This document shows positions 41,142 through 51,622 of a stretch of 64,000 bases of DNA, in pieces (the first letter of the stretch is position 1; each line of letters begins with the position of its first letter). Below the pieces are notes generated by a model. It was given only the letters and a program-made list of their open reading frames with translations. It searched no databases and was not told the origin of the DNA. The position numbers were made by a program, and so were the translations under genes. The DNA comes from an uncultured Chloroflexia bacterium. GTDB lineage: Bacteria; Chloroflexota; UBA6077; JACCZL01. Location: contig CAVXYC010000032.1 of assembly GCA_963765765.1 (NCBI GenBank), positions 1 to 64,000 of the forward strand, in the 5' to 3' direction.

Positions 41142-42010
41142 ATGACGATCAACCTGGCGAACGTGCAGGGCATCGACGTCCACGTCCACATCACCACCGG
41201 CGACCGCGCCCGCGCGGCGAGCGAGGGAACGAGCGCACGTCCGCGGCGCTGGCATACTTCAAGGTCGAGAAAATGCACGCGTCCGGCGAGGAGATCGCCG
41301 AGCTGTATCGCGGGCTCAACCTGGCCGCGGTGATCTTCGACGTGGACAGCGAGACGCGCGGGGGCGCGCGAATCTCGAACGACGAGACGGCGGACGCGGC
41401 CCGCAGCAATCCGGATGTCCTGATTGGCTTTGCCAGCGTGGACCCGTGGAAAGGCGAGCTGGCGATCAAGGAGGCGCGGCGGTGCGTGGAATACCTCGGA
41501 TTGAAGGGCTTCAAGTTCCATCCGCCCATCCAGGCATTCGATCCGTCCGACCCGCGCTTCTTCCCGCTGTTCTCGGCAATTTCCGAGCTGGGCGTCCCGG
41601 CCATCTTCCATACCGGCATGAGTGGCATCGGCGCGGGCACGCCCGGCGGCAGCGGCATCCGCCTGCGCTACGGCCAGCCGATGCTGCTGGACGACCTGGC
41701 CGTGGAGTTCCCCGAATTGACGATCATCGGCGCGCACCCGTCCTGGCCCTGGCAGGAGGAGATGCTCGCCATTGCCCGTCACAAGTCAAACGTATACCTG
41801 GACATGTCCGGCTGGGCGCCCAAGTACTTCCCGCCGTCGCTCGTCCAGCAGGCCAACTCGCTGCTCCAGGACAAGTGCCTCTTCGGCAGCGACTTCCCCG
41901 TCATCTCCCCGGAGCGCTGGCTGAACGAGTTCGCCGAGCTACCGTTCAAGGAGTCCGTGCGGCCGAAGATCCTAAAGGAGAACGCGGCGAGGGTGCTGAG
42001 TCTCGGATAG
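41142..42010 (+). CDS. Amidohydrolase family protein (CouO-like), frameshifted near 41240
   Basis: IDVHVH, KGFKFHP, FHTG, AHPSWPW, DMSGWAPKY, FGSDFP. Confidence 0.85.
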
Positions 42011-42024
42011 CGATTCCCGTCAGC

Positions 42025-42227
42025 ACGTACAAAGTGATCTTGCCGCGACGGTCGATATTCATCGGCCGCAAGTGCGGAATTCCTCTCCCATCTTCGTTGT
42101 GCTCGCCACTGGCGAAGCCAGCCCGAATATCGTCGACTACATCTCCGAGCAAAACTACCGCCCAAGAGGGCGGTAGTTTCAACACGTCAATTGGGTAGTG
42201 TGGGTCAATCTGAAAGGTCGTGGTCAT
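42025..42227 (-). pseudogene. hsdS: N-terminal remnant of a type I restriction specificity subunit
   Basis: LPPSWAVVLLGDVVDDIRAGFASG...GIPHLRPMNI, truncated after about 66 aa. Confidence 0.6.
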
Positions 42228-42350
42228 CGACTTCCGGGTGTCACAAAGCTGAGACGCACTGCTGGACGGCCCAAGGCGGTTTACCAAACAGATCGGAAAG
42301 CTGACTGTCGGAAGGACGACGATTCGCCCGAACTGGTGAGAACTCAGCTT

Positions 42351-44318
<1,968 letters not shown>

Positions 44319-44388
44319 ACGGTGCCTCCCGGCTCTGAAGCTGATGATAGCGCGAGATGGCCGAATTCGCGGAGTGCGGCGGATCGAC

Positions 44389-44646
44389 CTAACGCAGTGC
44401 CGGCAGCAGCACCAGGCGCAACGCCAGCAGTACGAGAATGGCCAGCATCGGAACGAAGGCGGAGCTGATGAAGCGTGGTGTCACACGTCGCACCGCGCTC
44501 AGGACCGGTCTAGTTGCAGTATCGAACAGATCCGTGATGAAGTTCCGTCGACCACGCGCAAGTATGCGTAGCACGCATTGGCCGATGATGAGCCAGATCA
44601 GCAGCGATAGTGCGAAGTTCAGGAGGTGCGCAACGATGGCGAGCAT
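44389..44646 (-). CDS. YggT-like small membrane protein
   Basis: LSLLIWLIIG, NFITDLFDTATRPVLSAVRRVTP. Confidence 0.65.
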   Translation of the reverse strand: MLAIVAHLLNFALSLLIWLIIGQCVLRILARGRRNFITDLFDTATRPVLSAVRRVTPRFISSAFVPMLAILVLLALRLVLLPALR

Positions 44647-44721
44647 GAATTGGTTATTCGGAAAGGACGCGTGACGGTGAGGCCGGTATGCATACCGGCC
44701 TCACCGCACGTTCGGTATCTC

Positions 44722-46659
44722 CTACTTACTCCCTCCCACTGCCGGTGAGGGCGCCGTGGCAGGTCGTCCGCCGGAGCTGGAGTCCCGGATGGTGGCTCGT
44801 CCATCTCGCCTACGGGCATGCGTAGGGCGTCGACCATATCCTGGATGTGCTTCGGCGGCGGCTCCGTGGCCAGGCTGACGACGATCTGACACACGAAGTT
44901 CACGATCATCCCGAAGATCCCCGCCGAGAGGTGGGTGAGCCCGAGCACGTGAAGTACGGGTTCGTGTAGTTAGCGCCATGTAGATGATGCAGGCGATCAT
45001 GCCGGCGATCATGCCGGCGATGGCGCCATTGGCGTTGGCGCGCCTCCAGAAGATGCCGAGCAAGATCACCGGGAAGAACGACGACGCGGCCATCGAGAAC
45101 GCCCAGGCGACCATCTGGGCGATCAGCGCCAGCCGTGGGATGGCCGCCAGCGCCGCCAGCAGCGCCGCCACCAGGATCATCACGCGGCTGATCATGAACC
45201 GGCGTGCCGTACGACGCGTTCGGGTTGATCAGCTTGGCGTAGATGTCGTGGGAGACGGCCGTCGCGATCACCATCAGCAGGCCGTCGGCCGTCGAGAGCG
45301 CCGCGGCCAGGCCGCCCGCCGCGACCAGCGCCGAGACCGTGTACGGCAAGCCCGCGATCTCGGGCGTCGACAGCACGATCAGGTCCGGCGACGATGCTCA
45401 GCTCGGCAAACTGCAGGATGCCGTCGCTGTTGGCGTCGCGGATGGTCAGCAGGCCAGTTCTGCCCCAGTTGGCGACCCAGTCCGGCAGCGCGGCGATCGG
45501 CTGGCCGACCAGGTTCTGGAGGATCTCCCAGCGGGCGAACGCCGCATAGGCGGGCGCGGTGAAGTAGAGCAGGTAGATGAAGAAGAGCGACCAGCCGACG
45601 CTCATCCGCGCTGCCTGCGGGTTCGGCACCGTGTAGTAGCGGATCAGGATGTGCGGCAGGCCGACCGTGCCGCCATCAGGCAGAGCGTCAGCGCCATGAA
45701 CTCCCAGGGCGTGCCGACCCAGTCGTCGATTCGCGACCAGCTCGGGCGGCGATCGAGGCCGATCTGACGCAGCGCTATCGATGCCAAGAGGCGTTCGAGA
45801 GCGCGTGCGTGAACGGCTGGACGTACTGGGCGGCAGAGCCCTGGGCTGCTCCAAGCTGAACGATGTTCTGGAGCGCCTGCCCGTACATGATCTCGGAGAT
45901 CGGCACGCCGGTGAAGCGCGTCGAGAGCATCGAGACCGGGATCAGGTAGGCGATGATCAGGATGATGTACTGCGCCACCTGGGTCCAGGTGATCGACTTC
46001 ATCCCGCCCAGGAACGAGCACAGCACCACGCCGGCCAGGCCGAGGAAGCACGCCCAGGACGTAGTCGACACCGAAGAACCGGCTCATGATCAGGCCGACG
46101 CCGACCACCTGGGCGGTGACGTAGGTGAACGAGGCGAGGATGGCGCAGATCGCCGCGACAACACGCGAGGCTTCGGCCGTTCGGCGAACCGCGCGGCCAC
46201 GAAGTCCGGGATCGTGAACTGGCCGAACTTCCGGATGTACGGCGCGAAGAAGAGCGCCAGGATGACGTAGCCGCCGGTCCAGCCCATGATGTAGGCCAGG
46301 CCGTCGTAGCCGAGCAGCCAGATCGTGCCGGCCATCGAGATGAACGAAGCGGCGCTCATCCAGTCGGCGCCCGTGGCCATGCCGTTGAAGAAGGCGGGCA
46401 CCTTGCGGCCGGCGACGTAGTACTCGTCGAACTTGCGTGTGAAGTTCACGACGCCGATGACGCCGTACAGCGCAAAGCTGAGCAGGATGAAGAACACCGC
46501 GATCAAGCCGCGCGGTAGCCCGGCGTTCAGCTCCAGGAACATGACGACCGCGACAAGAGGAGGACGACAGCGTGAACAGCCCGTAGCCTTTGTAGAGCTT
46601 CGCTTCCAAGGCCTTCATCTCCGCGCGGGAGAGCTTGGTAGCGGCGACTCAGCGGCCAT
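44722..46659 (-). CDS. Sodium:solute symporter (ActP-like acetate permease), heavily frameshifted
   Basis: NGMATGADWMSAASF, GGMKSITWTQVAQY, GLPHILIRYYT, AAALSTADGLL, WAFSMAASSFFP spread over 6 or more frame segments. Confidence 0.82.
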
Positions 46660-46668
46660 GACTCTGCC

Positions 46669-46972
46669 TTACTCCTCCTCGTTGAAGCCGTACTTCGGGA
46701 TCGATCACGCGGTTCATCACCAGCGCGTAGACGAAGATCAGGATGACGAAGACGGTGATCGAGAACTGGCTTGCGAGCCAGTATCCGAGCGGGAAGCCGG
46801 TGAGGATCTGGATATTGTTGAGCGCTTTGGCGAACGGCGGATGCAAGTATCCGCTGACGAACCAGATAACCAAAAGGCCCGCAATAAGCTGCAGGTTGGC
46901 TTTCCAATAGCCACGTAATCGCTCGTTTTGGTCCGAGCTGCTGCCGGAACGATCTGGTGCTTGAGCTGCCAT
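46669..46972 (-). CDS. DUF4212-type small symporter subunit, frameshifted near the C-terminus
   Basis: YWKANLQLI, GFPLGYWLASQFSI, shifted end DPKYGFNEEE. Confidence 0.78.
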
Positions 46973-47317
46973 AGACTCTACCTCTCGCCTCGATGCGAAT
47001 GATCTCTGTGGCGCGACGCTGCGGGCACACGTGATGCCACAGATCTCAACAATGTTGAGTTGGGATCAGCGCTCCTCCCTTCAGCGGTAGACGTTTGGCG
47101 CTACCGCGATTGCGTGTGGAACCATGCTTGCCCAATCCATAGAAATCTGCAAGTGTTCTGATCTCGTGTTGTTCTAGGGCGGGAATCTAGTGCTGCCAGA
47201 CCTGGGTCGTTGCGTATGCATCCGCCAGCGCCCGATCAGACTCAAGGAGGCGGACTTTACGGGTTCCTGAGCTTGACAGTATGATGCTCACACCGTAAGC
47301 CGATCTCGGAGGCAGCG

Positions 47318-48598
47318 ATGTTACCGGTCCAGGACAATGAGCTCATCACGCGTGTGAGTCCAGGCACCCCCATGGGTGACTTGATGCGACGTTACTGGCA
47401 GCCTATTGCCGCGTCGGCGGAGCTCGACGACAGCCCCTTCCGCACCAAGGAAGTCAAGATCATGGGCGAGGAGCTCGTCCTCTATAAGGACCGGAGCGGC
47501 ACCCTTGGACTCATTGAGCGATATTGCTCGCACCGCCGAGTGAACCTCGCTATCGGTGTGGTCGAAGATGACGGCATCCGTTGTCAGTACCACGGCTGGA
47601 AATTCAACGAGACAGGTAAATGCGTCGAGCAGCCTTTCGAGGACACGATGCATCCCGAGGCGGCATTCCGCTCCAAGTGCAATCTGTCCGGCTATCCGGT
47701 CAAAGAGCTGGCCGGTCTGGTCTGGGCCTACCTCGGTCCAACACCGGCACCTGAGCTACCCAACTGGGGGCCGCTGGTGTGGGGCGAGACGGTGCACGAT
47801 ATCTGCATCACCAATCTCCACTGCAACTGGCTCCAGTGCCAGGAGAATTCGCTGGATCCGGTCCACACCGAGTGGCTCCATGGCTACTTCGCTCGATACT
47901 TCACCGAGATCATGGAAGGCCAGGCGCCGACCTGGACCAATCGCAGCAAGCCCCACCAGAAGGTCGGGTTCGATGTGTTCGACTACGGCATCATCAAACG
48001 ACGTGTCTCGCTGGGTGATGGTCCGGACAACGACGACTGGAATATCGGTCACCCGATTCTTTTCCCGAACATTCTCCTGGTGGGCAGCCAGTATCAGGCC
48101 ACGATGCAGTTCCGTGTGCCCGTGGACGATGAGAACACGCTGCACATCTCGCTGTACACCTGGCGTGCCGCGCCCGGTATGACCGCGCCCGAGCAGCCGA
48201 ATGTGCCGTACCGCCACATCTCACTGCGAGATGACTCCGGTCAGTGGAACCTCAGGAACACCTTCAACCAGGACTACATGGCCTGGGAGACGCAAGGCAC
48301 TATCGCCAAGCGACACCTCGAGAAGCTGGGGGAGTCGGACCGCGGCATCATCCTGTTCCGTCAGCTCTTGAAGGATCAGATCCAGAAGATGCAAAACGGC
48401 GAGCCGCTCATGAACGAGTTCCGCGATCCCGCTCAGAATGTCTGCCTGGAGCCGCCGCTGGAGAAGATCAAGTTCAGCAACCGTGAAGGTCCCAGGAGCT
48501 ACATCCCGGGTGAAGTTGGTTACAGCCGCGACGGGAAGCTCATCGAAGAGGTTTTGAAGACCTGGAGCAGCCCGGCGAAGGAGCTCGTGACCGCTTAG
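47318..48598 (+). CDS. Rieske non-heme iron oxygenase alpha subunit (phthalate 4,5-dioxygenase/LigX-like)
   Basis: CSH...CQYH Rieske motif; ENSLDPVHTEWLH and QD iron ligands; EKLGESDRGII. Confidence 0.9.
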   Translation: MLPVQDNELITRVSPGTPMGDLMRRYWQPIAASAELDDSPFRTKEVKIMGEELVLYKDRSGTLGLIERYCSHRRVNLAIGVVEDDGIRCQYHGWKFNETGKCVEQPFEDTMHPEAAFRSKCNLSGYPVKELAGLVWAYLGPTPAPELPNWGPLVWGETVHDICITNLHCNWLQCQENSLDPVHTEWLHGYFARYFTEIMEGQAPTWTNRSKPHQKVGFDVFDYGIIKRRVSLGDGPDNDDWNIGHPILFPNILLVGSQYQATMQFRVPVDDENTLHISLYTWRAAPGMTAPEQPNVPYRHISLRDDSGQWNLRNTFNQDYMAWETQGTIAKRHLEKLGESDRGIILFRQLLKDQIQKMQNGEPLMNEFRDPAQNVCLEPPLEKIKFSNREGPRSYIPGEVGYSRDGKLIEEVLKTWSSPAKELVTA

Positions 48599-48649
48599 AG
48601 TTGATTCATCGCCTCAGATAGCGACGCTACTGAGGGGACCATGGGATTA

Positions 48650-48713
48650 GAACCGCCCCAAGGGCCTTCCTGCAGGAGATTGAGTTCCTGCGGGAAGGCT
48701 CTTGGGGCGGTTC
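48650..48713. terminator. 28-bp stem-loop between convergent genes
   Basis: gaaccgccccaagggccttcctgcagga / tcctgcgggaaggctcttggggcggttc; both mismatches are G-U pairs on the + strand. Confidence 0.55.
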
Positions 48714-48850
48714 ATTGGAACGAGAGACTGGGACCGCCGACATCCTGTCGGCCCGGCCCCTGAGGGCCGCCTCGCAGGTTTCCGGGACGCGCACAGGGCC
48801 CAGGTCATCTCCCCTGGGCCTGAGTCATTGTTGCGTGGTGGCCGTTCTTA

Positions 48851-49270
48851 TCAGTCGCTGTCAGTAGTGATCTCGATGTTCACGGTGGTCGCGACCGCGA
48901 CCGCACGATAGAGCGGTCAAACGGATTGCCAGTGCTGAACGAGCGCCTCGGCTTGCACGGCATTCGGTCCGTCCATGCGGAAGCGCACGTCGATGCGCAG
49001 GAAATCCGCCGTGTTCTGAGCCGAGCGGACGCCGTCGATCTCCACCTCGACGTGCTGCAGGGGCACCTGCCGTTGGCGCGCCGCTCCGTTCACCACATTG
49101 ACACCGCAGGACGAGATGCCGGCCAGAAATGCTTCACCTGAGGTCACAGCCTCGGCCGGACCGCTGGAGGAATCGATGACGAAGTGATTCGCTCGGGCGC
49201 TATTGAGCGTCCGTCCTAACGTGTCTGTGTTGACAGATTGGACAGAGTCGACTTTCAGATCATCGGGCAT
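48851..49270 (-). CDS. OsmC/Ohr-family protein, probable selenoprotein (139 aa, Sec118)
   Basis: EAFLAGISSC55; in-frame TGA at 48917-48919 followed by PLYRAVAVATTVNIEITTDSD and TGA TAA. Confidence 0.8.
48887..48902 (-). promoter_or_regulatory. Candidate bacterial SECIS hairpin
   Basis: GGUCGC-GGUC-GCGACC; first loop G is 21 nt after the UGA. Confidence 0.6.
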
Positions 49271-49282
49271 GCGGATCGCCTC

Positions 49283-49732
49283 CTAGGGTGTATGGCGTCG
49301 GTCTTCGTCGCGACGCTCTTCTGTTTCGTCCGGGCGGTGGTAATCGTCCTCCAGACGGTAGGTCGTACCGACCTCAGGCGTGGACGCCTCGAAAATGACG
49401 GCGTCCGCATCCGGGGCGGCGCACAGCCGGTGACGTTGGCCAATGGCCACGGAGTAGCCCACATGCGGCTCCATCACCACGTCATGAAGCTTGCCATCGG
49501 GCCCTTCGAGCACTAGGATGCCTTTTCCATCGATAAGCGTCTGGGTCTCGGTTTTGGCATCGTGCAGCTGCAGGCTCAACCGATGTCCGGCCTTCACGTG
49601 AATCAACTTCGATGTGTACGGAGCGTCCTCCGGTGAGAGCAGCACCTCATGTCCCCATGGCTTCTCCACGCGACGTGCGCCGGGCAGAAGCGAGAACGCG
49701 GTCGGATCATAAGTAGGCGGCTGCTCTGGCAT
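49283..49732 (-). CDS. Cupin domain protein (mannose-6-phosphate isomerase C-terminal-like)
   Basis: EKPWGHE, RLSLQLHDAKTET, GQRHRL, EASTPE, RLEDDY. Confidence 0.85.
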   Translation of the reverse strand: MPEQPPTYDPTAFSLLPGARRVEKPWGHEVLLSPEDAPYTSKLIHVKAGHRLSLQLHDAKTETQTLIDGKGILVLEGPDGKLHDVVMEPHVGYSVAIGQRHRLCAAPDADAVIFEASTPEVGTTYRLEDDYHRPDETEERRDEDRRHTP

Positions 49733-49830
49733 CGACGTCGAGTTCCTTCATAGAAGCGTGGCATGTGGAAGCTTCTCTATTCCGAGTGTAGCACCCAGTG
49801 CCTGGATGCATAGAGACTCGGTCAGCAGGC

Positions 49831-51084
49831 TTAGCTCTTGATTTCCTCAGGCGGTCGGATCAATCGAAACGTGCGCCAGAGTGCGATGTCATACGCAATT
49901 TTGATCGCTCCACCAACCACGAATGTCAGCCCGATGAATGGGGATTGGAGAGCCAGGCCAGCGAGAGGGGGAGCAATGGACTGCGCGATATTTCGGCCTA
50001 CCGTGGTGAACCCAGCCGCGGCCGTTCGCTCTGACGGATCTACCACCGCCATGAGATACGACTGACGAGTGGGTACGTCCATCTGTGAAAGACCAGACCG
50101 AATGAGCTGCAGCAAGATAGCGATCTCTACGGAAGGAACCATTGCTTGAAGAATGACCAGAGCGTTGGCCGGAATGTGGCTCCAGACCATCGTGTTGATG
50201 AGACCAATGCGAGTGGCCAATCGCTCGGCGATAAGTAGAGACAGCGCCGAAAGCAAGTTCGATGCAGCGAACACCGGGCCAAGAGCGTCCACTCCAAGAC
50301 CGAAGCGCAGCGTGAACCAGTACGCCACGATGCTTTGAACAATGAAGCCACCGCCAAACGAGTCCATCCCAAAGAGCGCTGTTAGGCGGAAGACGATACG
50401 CCGCGACTGATGGATGCCAAGAGCGCTCTTGAGCGCCGGCGGTGAACCGAGCTCCACGGCTGGCGAAAGGCCGAATGCTATGACCAGCGCGGCGAGTGCC
50501 CCAACGGCGTAGACGCCAAATAGCCAGCGATGGGCAAGGAGAGGGTCCATGCCCAGTTGGCCAGTGAGCGCTGCAACGCCACCTGCGAACAGCGCCCCCA
50601 CGGAGCCAGAGGCGATGCCAACGAGGTTGTAGATCGTGAAGACTCGAGTTCGTCGGTTATCTGGCGCCATTTGAGACATGACAGCTTGCTCGAGTGTGAC
50701 AAAGGGGCCGACCTCCTGGATCCCGGCGCTGATGGTTCCGCTCAGGGAGGCGAGCACAAGTAGCCAGAACTGATCGCTCAGCGCATAGGCGGCGCCGGTA
50801 ATCATCATTAAAGCGCTGAAGATCACCAGTACTCGTCGACGGCCAAACCGATCGGCTGTGAGCGCGACCACAATCGTCAAGACACTGGAGCCGAGGAACG
50901 CGGCTCCCAGGAGAATGCCAAGCTCCACGCCGCCTAGACCCAGGTCCGCGACGTGCACGCCAAGGACCACCGAGACGATTCCGTAGCCGAAGCTACGGAA
51001 TGCCCGTGCGGCCAGCACGCGCCGCCCGTCCACGCCTAGCCAGCTGGGGCCTGGGAATCGCGTCGTGGTCGACATCTCACTCAC
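49831..51084 (-). CDS. MFS transporter
   Basis: ADRFGRRRVL, RSGLSQMDVPTRQSY. Confidence 0.9.
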   Translation of the reverse strand: MSEMSTTTRFPGPSWLGVDGRRVLAARAFRSFGYGIVSVVLGVHVADLGLGGVELGILLGAAFLGSSVLTIVVALTADRFGRRRVLVIFSALMMITGAAYALSDQFWLLVLASLSGTISAGIQEVGPFVTLEQAVMSQMAPDNRRTRVFTIYNLVGIASGSVGALFAGGVAALTGQLGMDPLLAHRWLFGVYAVGALAALVIAFGLSPAVELGSPPALKSALGIHQSRRIVFRLTALFGMDSFGGGFIVQSIVAYWFTLRFGLGVDALGPVFAASNLLSALSLLIAERLATRIGLINTMVWSHIPANALVILQAMVPSVEIAILLQLIRSGLSQMDVPTRQSYLMAVVDPSERTAAAGFTTVGRNIAQSIAPPLAGLALQSPFIGLTFVVGGAIKIAYDIALWRTFRLIRPPEEIKS

Positions 51085-51190
51085 GGAGCAAGCGTACTGG
51101 AATCGCTCATTCGAAATGACCCGCGGTGGAGCATGGCATACTGACTAAAGCTGGCTCTTGAGCTGGCTTGGGGACGAGGGAGACATCGGG

Positions 51191-51622
51191 ATGCCAGTGC
51201 GTTATCAACGGTTTACCTACCGTTATCTGCAAGGGCGGCCGCGCGGCGCGGATACCGCGTTTGAGCATGTTTGGCTTACGAGTGTGCAGCCATCTCCGGT
51301 TACGGCCGCGCGCCGTCCCCCCGTCGACGTGTGGGAGACGGCCTCCGCGGTGTTCGTCAAGGTGATGCTGCCCGGCGTCCAGGAAGATGAGATCAAGGCG
51401 CTGCTCTATGAAGACGTTCTGCTGATCAGCGCGACTCGGACGGACACCGAAGGTGAGGAGGAGCGTCGATTTTATCGCGCGGAGGTGCACTATGGACCGC
51501 TCGAGGTCACGGTACCGCTGCCGGTTGTGGTTGAAGCAGACGGTGTGGATGCAACTTTCAAGCAGGGAGTCCTGACGATTCGCTTGCCCAAGAGCAGCGC
51601 CGCCCAGGGAGCGCAAGCATGA
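51191..51622 (+). CDS. Hsp20/alpha-crystallin family protein
   Basis: PPVDVWET, MLPGV, ATFKQGVLTIRLPK. Confidence 0.9.
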   Translation: MPVRYQRFTYRYLQGRPRGADTAFEHVWLTSVQPSPVTAARRPPVDVWETASAVFVKVMLPGVQEDEIKALLYEDVLLISATRTDTEGEEERRFYRAEVHYGPLEVTVPLPVVVEADGVDATFKQGVLTIRLPKSSAAQGAQA

